Below the pieces are notes generated by a model that saw only the letters and a program-made list of their open reading frames with translations, had not been told where the DNA came from and made no database searches. A DNA stretch of 62,273 nucleotides from Acidimicrobiia bacterium (GTDB lineage: Bacteria > Actinomycetota > Acidimicrobiia > IMCC26256 > DASPTH01). The position numbers and the translations under genes are program-made. Positions 8,507-17,900 of the stretch are shown one piece after another (position 1 is the first letter of the stretch; every line of letters begins with the position of its first letter). The stretch spans positions 1 through 62,273 of the forward strand of contig JBEVIU010000102.1 of assembly GCA_040510575.1 (NCBI GenBank). Reading direction: 5' to 3'.

Positions 8507-9295
8507 ATGACCGAGACGACGCCAGCGGCGGTGGACGCGTTCGTGACCGCGCTGCGCGACCCCACCGACGAGCACCGCGCCGACGCCCAAGCGCTCCTGG
8601 CCGATGCCGTCGAGGTGTTCAGCCCCTTCGGTGTCGGTACTGGTGCTGATGCGGGCGCCGCGGCGCTGGCGAACCCCCGTGTGCTCGGCCTCGTACGCGG
8701 CGCCGACTGGTCGACGCCCGAAGGCGCCGACGGGCTGGTCGCCGTGACGGCAACGGCCGCTCCAGGCGCGCCCGTTGGCGGGTTCAAGTTCGCATTCGGT
8801 CTCGACGCCGACGGCAAGATCGATCGGATCGAGCAAGACCTCCTCCCCGGTGGCGCGCGCACGCCCGGTCCGCTCGCGCTCACCGACACCCATGCCGAGT
8901 TGTTGACGAACGCGCTCACCAACGGCACGACACCGATCGTCGCCTACGTCGATGCCGACGGTGTGCCGCACCAGTCGTACCGCGCCACGGTGCAGGTGCT
9001 CGACGACCAGCGCCTCGCGATCTGGATTCGTGATCCCGCCGGAGGCCTGCTCCGGGCGCTCCCCGTGAATCCGAACGTGTCGGTGTTCTACGCCGATCGG
9101 GCCAATGGCATCACACTGCAGTTTGTCGGCCGTGCACACGTCGACGACACCGACGCGGTACGCACGACGGTCTTCGACGCATCGCCGCGTCCCGAACGCG
9201 ACATGGACTGGCGTCGCCGCGGTGTGGCCGTCGTGCTCGACGTCGATCGGGTAGAAGGCCGCGACAGCTCGGGCGTGGTGCTCATGGCGCGCTGA
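8507..9295 (+). CDS. pyridoxamine 5'-phosphate oxidase family protein with an N-terminal extra domain
   Basis: 262 aa. The C-terminal half (..PIVAYVDADGVPHQSYRATVQVLDDQRLAIWIRD..LQFVGRAHV..) has the PPOX split-barrel pattern. Confidence 0.7.
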   Translation: MTETTPAAVDAFVTALRDPTDEHRADAQALLADAVEVFSPFGVGTGADAGAAALANPRVLGLVRGADWSTPEGADGLVAVTATAAPGAPVGGFKFAFGLDADGKIDRIEQDLLPGGARTPGPLALTDTHAELLTNALTNGTTPIVAYVDADGVPHQSYRATVQVLDDQRLAIWIRDPAGGLLRALPVNPNVSVFYADRANGITLQFVGRAHVDDTDAVRTTVFDASPRPERDMDWRRRGVAVVLDVDRVEGRDSSGVVLMAR

Positions 9296-9310
9296 GGACG
9301 CAGCATCGGG

Positions 9311-9721
9311 TCAGTCGAGCTCGTGCAGGACGTCGGTCATCTGACTGCGGAACCGGCGTAGCTCGTCGCGGTGCACGATCGAGAGGCGCTCGAGGATCGT
9401 GCGTCCGCGACGGGTGAGCTGGACCCGGTGGCGACGTTGGTCGTCGGGGTCGGTGGTGCGCACGACGAGGTCGGCGGCATCGGCGCGGTCGACGAGCTCG
9501 ACCACCGAGTGGTGACGCAGTTGGAGTGCCTCGGCGAGGTCGCCCACCACCGGCGGCGTGTCGCCGACGTGGCCGCGTACTGCGAGCATCAGCTGGTGCT
9601 GGGCGGGCGTGATGCCGGCGTCGCGCGCAGCGTGCTCGGAGAACCGCTGGAACACGCGCAGGGCGTGACGGAATCGAGCCAGAGTCTGGTACTCGCGGTT
9701 CGACAGGGGCGGCGTCGACAT
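9311..9721 (-). CDS. MarR family transcriptional regulator
   Basis: 136 aa from the ATG at 9721. The winged-HTH region ..GITPAQHQLMLAVRG..VGDLAEALQLRHHSVVELVDRADAADLVVRTTDPDDQRRHRVQLTRRG is MarR-like. Its start lies 1 nt downstream of the ClC stop. Confidence 0.85.
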   Translation of the reverse strand: MSTPPLSNREYQTLARFRHALRVFQRFSEHAARDAGITPAQHQLMLAVRGHVGDTPPVVGDLAEALQLRHHSVVELVDRADAADLVVRTTDPDDQRRHRVQLTRRGRTILERLSIVHRDELRRFRSQMTDVLHELD

Positions 9722-9722
9722 G

Positions 9723-11504
9723 TCACGGTCCTTCCTGATGGCCGTTGCGATGACGCCACGCATGGTGCCAGCCCCGTTGCGGTACCTCAGCTTCGCGATG
9801 GCCCACCCGGGCGCGCAAGATGTCGGTGCGGGTGCAGATGCCGACGACGCGACGATCGTGGTCCAGCACCGCGACGTGGTCGACGCCTTCGTCGACGATG
9901 TGCTCCAGCACCGTCAGCAGGGTGTCGTCAGGCGACACCGCGACCACGTCGGTACTCGCGATCTCGAGTGCCCGTTGCTCGCCGCGAGCATCCGGTCCCA
10001 GGAGATCCTCGCGTGTGACGATGCCGACGCAATGACGTTGGTCGTCGACCATCGGGAAGGCCTGGTGCTCCGTCGCGGCCATCGTCGCGCGAGCGTCCTG
10101 CACCGTCACGGCCGAGGCGAGCACGATCACGGGTGAGGTCATGGCCGTCGACACGAGCGTGGTCGAGAGCTGGTCGGGCGCGTAGTCGCGTGAGACGCGC
10201 AGCCCGCGTCGTGCGAGCTTCTCCGTCATGAGCCCGTCTTCGAGCAGGGCCCCAGCGACGAGGTCGGCGATCACCGCAGCCAACATGATCGGCAAGATCG
10301 CGGCGAAGTCGTGGGTGAGCTCGAACGCGAACACGATGGCGGTGAACACCGCCCGGGTCGACGCGCCGAACGTCGCGGCCATGGCCACGAGCGCGACGGC
10401 GCCGGGGGAGAGGTGCAGGCCCGGCACGATCTCGTCGACGGCGGCGCCGAGCAGCCCACCAAAGGCGCCACTGATCAGGAGGATCGGCGCCAGCGTGCCG
10501 CCCGAGGTGCCCGACCCCAACGCGAACCACCATGCACCGAGCTTCGCCAGCATGAGGACCGCGAGAGTGCCCACCGCCAGCCGATCGGCCAGGACGTCGT
10601 CGATGGCGTCGTATCCGACCCCGAGCGCCCGGGGGACGGCGAGGCCGATGGTGGCGAACACCAGAGCACCGAGCGCGGGGTGCCAGAAGTGCGCGACCGG
10701 CAGGCGGCGAAAGCCGGCCTCGACCAGGAAGAGGCCCTTGCAGATCACGACCGCGAGCAATCCGCACAGCACGCCGACGACGGCGAACACGGGCAGACTC
10801 TCGAGTCCCGCGTAGTCGTGCGGGGGAACGTGGAAGAGGGGGCCGGCGCCGAACAGCGCGACGTGCATCGCGCCGGCCACGCTCGCCGCGGTGATCAGCG
10901 GGACGAGGGCGCGGTTCGAGAATTCGAACAGGAGCAACTCGATCGCGAGCACCACCGCAGCCAACGGTGCGCCGAACGTGGCGGCCATACCTGCGGCGGC
11001 ACCACAGGCGAGCAGAATCTTGCGCTCCGACGGGCTGACGTTGATCCACTGACCGAGCAGTGAGCCGAGCGCGCCGCCGGTCACGATGATCGGCCCCTCC
11101 GCGCCGAACGGGCCGCCGGTGCCGATCGCGACAGCCGCGGACGCCGGCTTCGCCACCGCCGTTCGGGGTGCGATCCGGCTCTGGCGCACCAACACCGCTT
11201 CCATCGCCTCGGGGATCCCGTGGCCCCGGATCACCGGTGACCACTTGGCCAGCAGCGCGACGAACAGTGCACCGATGACCGCGGCCACGAGGAGGGTGCC
11301 GTCGGGATGGAAGTCGGCGAACGACGGCACGCTCCAACCCCAACGATGGAACAGTGCCAGGTTCGTGATGAGCCCGATGAGGTGGAGGAGCACCCACGCC
11401 GCCGCGCCGCCGAGCACGCCGAGCACCGCCGCGAGGCCGGTGAGGAGCAGCACGCGGCCGGCGTGGTGGTGCCGGGCAGGGCGATCGCGTGCGGGGTGTC
11501 CCAT
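9723..11504 (-). CDS. voltage-gated ClC chloride channel/antiporter with C-terminal CBS pair
   Basis: 593 aa with ClC signatures GHGIPE, GGPFGAEGP and GTSGGTLAP. A tandem CBS-like region (..AFPMVDDQRHCVGIVTREDLL.., ..VAVLDHDRRVVGICTRTDIL..) sits at the C-terminus. Confidence 0.9.
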   Translation of the reverse strand: MGHPARDRPARHHHAGRVLLLTGLAAVLGVLGGAAAWVLLHLIGLITNLALFHRWGWSVPSFADFHPDGTLLVAAVIGALFVALLAKWSPVIRGHGIPEAMEAVLVRQSRIAPRTAVAKPASAAVAIGTGGPFGAEGPIIVTGGALGSLLGQWINVSPSERKILLACGAAAGMAATFGAPLAAVVLAIELLLFEFSNRALVPLITAASVAGAMHVALFGAGPLFHVPPHDYAGLESLPVFAVVGVLCGLLAVVICKGLFLVEAGFRRLPVAHFWHPALGALVFATIGLAVPRALGVGYDAIDDVLADRLAVGTLAVLMLAKLGAWWFALGSGTSGGTLAPILLISGAFGGLLGAAVDEIVPGLHLSPGAVALVAMAATFGASTRAVFTAIVFAFELTHDFAAILPIMLAAVIADLVAGALLEDGLMTEKLARRGLRVSRDYAPDQLSTTLVSTAMTSPVIVLASAVTVQDARATMAATEHQAFPMVDDQRHCVGIVTREDLLGPDARGEQRALEIASTDVVAVSPDDTLLTVLEHIVDEGVDHVAVLDHDRRVVGICTRTDILRARVGHREAEVPQRGWHHAWRHRNGHQEGP

Positions 11505-11510
11505 ATTTCT

Positions 11511-11523
11511 ATCGTACTACGAT
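11511..11523 (-). promoter_or_regulatory. 13-bp palindrome ATCGTA-N-TACGAT overlapping a putative -10 (TACGAT) of the clc-marR operon; candidate MarR operator
   Basis: The minus strand reads ..GCATCGTAGTACGATAGAAATATG. The hexamer TACGAT ends 6 nt before the ATG at 11504, which is leaderless-type geometry. No SD is visible. Confidence 0.35.
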
Positions 11524-11588
11524 GCAACTGGGAATGAAGCGGCGAGCAGCGGCAAAGATGGGTCCCCGCTCGTCGTCAGGAGCTGATC

Positions 11589-12506
11589 GTGGCGTTCGTC
11601 CCCTCAGGAATGCAGCTGGAGATCGCGCTCGGCGCGCAGCGCGCCACGGTCGTCGAGGTCGGCGGTGCGGTTCGTGAGTACACCGACTTCGGCCTCCCGG
11701 TGCTCGATCCGTTCCCGGTCGATGCGATGTGCGACGGCGCGCACGGCACCCCGCTCGTGCCGTGGCCGAACCGCCTCGCCGACGGGCAGTACTCCTGGGA
11801 CGGCGAGTCGTACCAGGTCGCGCTCACCGAGCCCGGGAAGCACAACGCGATCCACGGATTCCTGCGTTGGGCGCCGTGGTCGGTGCGTGCCCACGACGCC
11901 GACCGCGTGGTGATGGGCGCCACCATCCATCCGCACTCCGGCTACCCGTTCGAGCTCGATGTCGTCGTCGAGTACCGGCTCGACGTCGACGGCTTGGTCG
12001 TGACCACGACCGCCACCAACCTGGGCGACCGAGCGCTGCCCTACGCCAACGGCCAGCACCCCTACCTGTCGGCGGGCGACGGGCTGCTCGACGACTGCAC
12101 CCTGGAGTTCACCGCCGCGACCCGCATCGTGACCGACGACGACCGCCAGCTCCCGATTGGCACGGAAGCGGTGGCCGGGACCGACTTCGACTTCTCGACC
12201 CGACGGTCGATCGGCGCGTTCTCGATGGACTTCGCGTTCACCGATGTGGCACGCGACGATGACGGGCGGGCCTGGGTGAGCCTCGGGCGGTCGGATGGCA
12301 CGCGCGCCGAGATCTGGGTCGACGACACCTACCCCTACGTGGAGCTCTACACCGGCGACACCCTCGCGCCGCACCGCCAGCGACGCGGCCTCGGGTCGGA
12401 GCCGATGACGTGTCCGCCCAACGCCTTTGCGACGGGGGAACGGATCATCCGTCTCGAGCCCGGCGCGTCGACGGTCACCGCCTGGGGTGCCCGGCTGGCG
12501 ACCTGA
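11589..12506 (+). CDS. aldose 1-epimerase family protein
   Basis: 305 aa with a GTG start. The segments ..PWPNRLADGQYSWDGESYQV..GKHNAIHGF..YPFELDVVVEYRL..ANGQHPYL..YTGD fit the galactose-mutarotase-like fold family. Confidence 0.85.
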   Translation: MAFVPSGMQLEIALGAQRATVVEVGGAVREYTDFGLPVLDPFPVDAMCDGAHGTPLVPWPNRLADGQYSWDGESYQVALTEPGKHNAIHGFLRWAPWSVRAHDADRVVMGATIHPHSGYPFELDVVVEYRLDVDGLVVTTTATNLGDRALPYANGQHPYLSAGDGLLDDCTLEFTAATRIVTDDDRQLPIGTEAVAGTDFDFSTRRSIGAFSMDFAFTDVARDDDGRAWVSLGRSDGTRAEIWVDDTYPYVELYTGDTLAPHRQRRGLGSEPMTCPPNAFATGERIIRLEPGASTVTAWGARLAT

Positions 12507-12625
12507 CCGAGGTCGGCAAGGGCGTGGTAGCACCACCTCGCGGCGCCGAGCAGGCCTGCTGGTCGTCGGACGTGTGATCTGCGACAGTGCGGTGTGTCGT
12601 CTGACGCGCTCCCGCGCGTGAGTAC

Positions 12626-14965
12626 GTGATGAGCGCAGTCGTCGACCTCGTCCGTCGACGACTCGCGCGGCGCGCCGGCGCCTGGATCGCGGTCGGGCTC
12701 TTGCTGGGTGCCGGTTTCGGGCTCAGCCTCGCCGCGTTCAACACTGCCCGCCGGACCAGCTCCGCCTACGACCGGATCCTCGTGGCTGCCGATGCGCCCG
12801 ACGCGGCGATCTCGCATTCGTTGCCCACCGCAGAGGCCGACGCTCAGTTCGGTGACCTCGACGGCGTCGTCGGGCAGCGCCACTACACCGGCTACGTCGG
12901 TGCGTTCGACGGGATCGACACTCCGCTGACCGTGTCGTTTCTCGTCCCGGAGCAGCCACGATTTCCGATCGAGCGCCCGACGCTGCGCGAAGGTCGGCTC
13001 CCAGATCCGAATCGTGCCCACGAAGTCATCGTGAACAGCTACTTCGCCGATCGAACGGGCATCGAAGTGGGCGACCGGCTCGACATGACTCTCGTCGCGC
13101 TCGACCAGTCGCGCACCGTGACGGAGCCCGTCAAGGTGGTCGGGATCGGGACCTTCGCCCGAGAGGCGGTGATCGACGAGACCGCCGGGTCGGGCGTGGT
13201 GGTGATGAGCCCGGCCTTTGCACCGTTGCACCGTGACTTCGCCGCGTACGCGAGCACGAACGTCGACCTTGCTCCGAACGTGGACGCGCGTCGCGACCTC
13301 GCACCGCAGGTGACCAAGCTCGGCTTCTCGCTGCAAGAGGCGCGCGCGAGTGAGCAGCAAGCGGTGGGCGAGGCGATGCGGCCCCTGATCGTGATCCTGC
13401 TCGGGCTCGGCGTGTTGGCGTTCGCCGCCACCGCGATCGCGGCGGGGCAGGTCCTGCAACGCGAGCAGGAACGTTGGCGCGCCGACGACGAGACGCTGCA
13501 CCAGCTCGGGATGGTGCGCACGCAGCTCGTGCTCGCAGCCGTGGTGCCGGCCGCGCTGGTCGCGGTGCTCGCGTTGGCGGTCGCCTGGCTCGTGATGGCG
13601 GTCGCGTCACCGCTCGCGCCGGTCGGGCCCCTGCATGATCTCGACCCGGGGCAGGGTTTCACCATCGACCTGAGCGTCGCGCTGCTCGGATCGATCGTGA
13701 TCCTCGCCACGGTGGTCGGGATCGCAGCTGCGCTGGCGTTGCGTCGTCGCGCGGAAGTCACCACGATCGCCAACCCGACCCGATCCGTCGGCGCAGTCAG
13801 CGGCCGACCGGCCGCGGCTGCCGGCCTCGCCCTGGTGTTCAGCGGACCGCGTCGGCGAACCCGACGCAGCGCCGCGCTCGCGACCGCGGCCGTGCTGCTG
13901 GCGGCGGCGGTCGTCACGTTGGTGGTGTCGGCGATCTCGCTGGCGGACAGCCCGTCGCGCTACGGCTTCGACTGGGACGTGCTCGCGCTCAGCGCCTACG
14001 GCGATCAGACCGCCGAGGGGCTGCAGACGACCTTCGCCGACGACCCCGACGTGATCGCCGCCACCGGCTTCACCTCGTCGTCGCTGCTCGTCGACGGGCG
14101 CGCGGTACCGGGCCTCGCCGCGAGCCGCGTGAAGGGCGACCTCGGGCCCACGATCCTGCGTGGTCGCAGCGTGCGGCACGACGACGAGATCGTCGTCGGT
14201 GGCGACACGTTCGACCAGCTGGGCGTCGACCTCGGCGACCGGGTCGAGGTGCAGATCGCGGGCTCGGATTCGACGCAGCCGCTGCGGCTGCGAGTCGTCG
14301 GAGTGGCGACGTTCGCGCCGGTGGCCCAGATCGGGACCGATCAGCCGCGCCTCGGGACCGGTGCACTCCTGCGACGCGCAACGTTCGAACGCCTGGCCGG
14401 CGCCGCTGACGACCGCCCCGAGTGGACCGCGGCGCGGCTGGCGCCGGGTGCTGATCCCGCGGCGTTGATCGCTCGCAATCCGAACGGTGTGCCCGACGCC
14501 CTCCAGATGCGCACGCGATGGTTCACCGACGCGCAGCCTGCGGAGCTCCGCCAGGTCGAGTCGGTACGGTCGCTGCTCTACCTCGCCGTCATCATCAGCG
14601 CGATCCTCGCGCTCGGGCTGATCGGCCACGCGCTCCTGTCGCTCACCCGCGATCGTCGGCGCGAGTTGGCGGTGCTCACCGCGATCGGCTTCACGCGCCG
14701 TCAGCGGGGCGAAGCGGCGGCCTGGCAGGCGGTGCCGCTCGGCGCGTTGGTCACGATCGTGGGGGTACCGCTCGGAATCGTGATCGGGCGGTTCGCGTTC
14801 GGCGTGTTCGCCCGGTCGCTCGCGGTCGACGATCGAACCGCGTTCCCGGCCGGGCTCGCGCTCGCGCTGGTGCTGGGTGCGTTGATCGCGAGCGCCCTCG
14901 GTGCGCTGGTTGCGGCGGGCGTGGCTCGCCGTACGCACACCGCGATCGAGCTACGGAGTGAGTGA
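12626..14965 (+). CDS. FtsX-like ABC transporter permease (two FtsX domains)
   Basis: 779 aa with an N-terminal TM followed by a large extracytoplasmic domain. Two 4-TM FtsX-type modules are separated by a second soluble domain. No ATPase gene is adjacent. Confidence 0.85.
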   Translation: MMSAVVDLVRRRLARRAGAWIAVGLLLGAGFGLSLAAFNTARRTSSAYDRILVAADAPDAAISHSLPTAEADAQFGDLDGVVGQRHYTGYVGAFDGIDTPLTVSFLVPEQPRFPIERPTLREGRLPDPNRAHEVIVNSYFADRTGIEVGDRLDMTLVALDQSRTVTEPVKVVGIGTFAREAVIDETAGSGVVVMSPAFAPLHRDFAAYASTNVDLAPNVDARRDLAPQVTKLGFSLQEARASEQQAVGEAMRPLIVILLGLGVLAFAATAIAAGQVLQREQERWRADDETLHQLGMVRTQLVLAAVVPAALVAVLALAVAWLVMAVASPLAPVGPLHDLDPGQGFTIDLSVALLGSIVILATVVGIAAALALRRRAEVTTIANPTRSVGAVSGRPAAAAGLALVFSGPRRRTRRSAALATAAVLLAAAVVTLVVSAISLADSPSRYGFDWDVLALSAYGDQTAEGLQTTFADDPDVIAATGFTSSSLLVDGRAVPGLAASRVKGDLGPTILRGRSVRHDDEIVVGGDTFDQLGVDLGDRVEVQIAGSDSTQPLRLRVVGVATFAPVAQIGTDQPRLGTGALLRRATFERLAGAADDRPEWTAARLAPGADPAALIARNPNGVPDALQMRTRWFTDAQPAELRQVESVRSLLYLAVIISAILALGLIGHALLSLTRDRRRELAVLTAIGFTRRQRGEAAAWQAVPLGALVTIVGVPLGIVIGRFAFGVFARSLAVDDRTAFPAGLALALVLGALIASALGALVAAGVARRTHTAIELRSE

Positions 14966-17900
14966 CAGCGCGTCGAGCTGGGCGCGATCGATGATCGGCG
15001 TGTCGGCCTGTGCGTCGTTCGTGGGCTCGGGCACGCCGTCGACGTAGACGACCCGGTTGGTGCGCACCGCGGGCACGGTCGCGCCGGGCACGATCAACCC
15101 GGCGAGGTTGAGGGGGTCGGTGCCGTTGACCACCACGCGCTCGCCGCTGCGCTCCGCCTTGCGAACCTGCGCGAGTTGTTCGATGGCTTGCGGTAGCGCG
15201 TACTGCTCGCCGCTGAAGCCCGTGACGAAACGACCGCCACGGACGAGACCGCGATCTTCGAGCCGCCGCAGTGCCCACTGCACGTCGCGCCACGGGATGC
15301 GCAACGAGTCGCGCAGCGCGAGGTCGCGGAACACGACGCCCCACCGGTTGAGAAGTTGTTCGGCGACGGCTTCGGCGAGGTCGTGATGATCGATTCCGCG
15401 GTCGGTGGCGGCATCGGCTGCGTCGCCGGTGTCCGAGACCAACGACCATCGGCCCGCGCCTGCACCCGGGGCACGCGCGCCCCGAAGGAGCCGCGACATG
15501 CGACGGGCGTCGGCCTTGTCGCGGCCGGGCGCGATGCGGGCGCGGATGGCACCGAAGCCATCGGAGGTGAGCAGCCCACGGGCCACGCCGTCCCACAGGC
15601 CGCGCTCGATGTCGTCGGGCAGGCGGTGCGTGACCTCCGCGATCTCCGACGCGAAGCACGCGCCGCGTGCGCGCAGCACTTCGATGATCTCAGCGGTGGC
15701 GCCCACCGTTGGCTCGGGCACGGCGATGCTGTGCCGTGCCGCCGCGAGCAGCCAGTCGAGATCGGAGCGGAACACCACTGCGATGGGCGTGGCCTTCGAT
15801 GGGGCGCCGACCGCGACGTCGGCATCCTCGCGAGCGCGTGGCGCGAGCCGTAGCCACGTGAGCTCGCCGTCGTGGCACAAGCGGTCGAGGGCCGCGGGCT
15901 CGTAGTGGCGAACGCGGCGCGCCAGGAGCTCGGGCTCCCATGCAACTGCGGCAGCTTCGAAGCCCTGCAGCTGCTCGACCGCGGCGAGCAATCCCGCATC
16001 ACCCGCGAGTTGCGTGCCGGGCGCGACGTGTTGCCAGCGCAGGAGGAAGCGCATGAAGTCTTGGGTGGTCGCGGGCTCGACGCTCTGACGGCGGGTGCGC
16101 CGCGAGTAGGAGTGCATGCGGGCGAGGAGGCGCCGTGCCACCCACTCGGTGTCGGTCGCGCCCGCGGTGTAGCGACCCTGGAGCGCGAAGCCTTCCCGTT
16201 CGAGCACCGCGAGGCCGGCCTCGACCCGGCGCGGGGTGATGGTGGTGGCGGTCGCCAGGGTGGCCACGGTGCTGATGCCGATGATCTCGAGCTGCCCGCG
16301 CAGCACCGATGCGATCGCGACCTCGTCGCCACCGAGCGCCGCCTCGGCCGTCGCCACCATCTCCGCCACACACCACAGCTCGCTCCCCTCCGATCGCGAA
16401 CTGGCGTCAAGAGAGCCGAATAGTTCTGCCGAACTGACGCCAGTTCGTTGTTGGGGGGGTTGCAGGTGGACGGCGCGGTTGCGGGCGGTGAGCTCGTCGA
16501 AGAGCGGTTGCCAGTCGGGGCGCGGGCGGGAGAGCACGAGTGACGCGAGGAGATCGTGCAGGTCGTCGGGTTCGGTGGGCTCGGGGGTGATCTCGGAGTG
16601 CACCTGCTCGATGGCGTCGGGGTCGAGCGCGCCGATCGACGCGAGGTCGACGGCCAACCCGCGGCGGAGTTGCACCGCGTTGGTGCGGCGGTTCTGGAAC
16701 TCTTCGTCGTCGAGGAATGCGTAGGGGCGGGCGGTGAGGATCTCGTGCGCGAGCACCGACGGCTCCGTGGTGTCGACGCAGTGCACGCCGACCTCGCCGG
16801 ATTCCATGCGGGCGAGGAGGTCGCGCAGGCCGTCGGCATCCAACGCTTCGTGCAGCGTGTCGGCGATGGTCTGACGCACGAGCACGTGGTCGGGGATCTC
16901 GATCGGGCCGGTCGCGTTCTCCTGGCACGCCGCTGCCTGTGGGAACACCGCGGCCATGAGGTCGTCGGCTTCCATCCGCTGGATCGGCGGTGGGTTCTTG
17001 CGTCCGCCGCGGAAGCGCAACACCATCAGCGACCGGTTGAGGTTCCACCGCCATCTCGCTTGGAACATCGGCGAGTCGAGGATGGCGTGCTCGAGCGTGT
17101 CCTCGACCTGCGAGCTGTGCACGTAGCGCGGCACCTCGCTCAGCACGAAGCTGTGGTGCGGGCCGAGTGAGAGCACGATCGCGTTGTCGGTTGCCGCAGC
17201 CTGCAGCTCGAAGTTGAACGTGCGGCAGAACTTCTTGCGCAGCGCGAGGCCGAGCGCGCGGTTGATGCGCCCGCCGTAGGGGGAGTGCACCACGAGCTGC
17301 ATCCCGCCGGTCTCGTCGAAGAACCGCTCGAACACGAGCAGCTCGCAGGTGGGCATCGCGCCCAGCACGGCGCGCCCGACAGCCAGGTAGTCGACGATGA
17401 GGGTGGCGGCGTCGGTGTCGACCCCCGCGACGTCGATGAGCCACTGCTTGGCGCCGTCGGGATCGCCGGCTTCGAGGAGCTCGTCGACCCGGGCGCGCAA
17501 CGCGGAGACCTCGGCCGACAGCTCGGCGGTGCGCGCCGGCGCCTCACCCATCCAGAAGGGGACGGTCGGTGGCGCGTCGCCCGCGTCGCGCACGCGCACC
17601 ACTCCCGACTCGATCCGCCGGATCTGCCACGAGTGGGTGCCGAGCAGGAAGATGTCGCCCGCCATCGACTCGACGGCCCAGTCTTCGTTGACCGTGCCGA
17701 TGAAGGTGTCGTCGGGCTCGGCGACCACGCGGTAGTCGCCGTTCTCCGGGATGGCGCCGCCGGAGGTGACGGCCGCGAGCCTCGCTCCCTTGCGACCGCG
17801 CAGCTCGCCGTTGACGGTGTCGTGGTGCACGTAGGAGCCACGCCGGCCGCGGCCCGTTTCGATGCCGTTGCTCACGAGGTCGAGCACCTCGTCGAACTGC

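Noticed and set aside
10914-10929. GTTCGA-GAAT-TCGAAC palindrome resembling an actinobacterial SOS (LexA) box
   Set aside because: The half-sites are in the opposite order to TCGAAC-N4-GTTCGA, and the site is in the middle of the ClC coding region.
11505-11588. Fluoride (crcB-motif) riboswitch upstream of the ClC gene
   Set aside because: The 84-nt leader shows none of the conserved riboswitch segments. The channel also carries CBS domains, unlike fluoride-specific ClC-F proteins.
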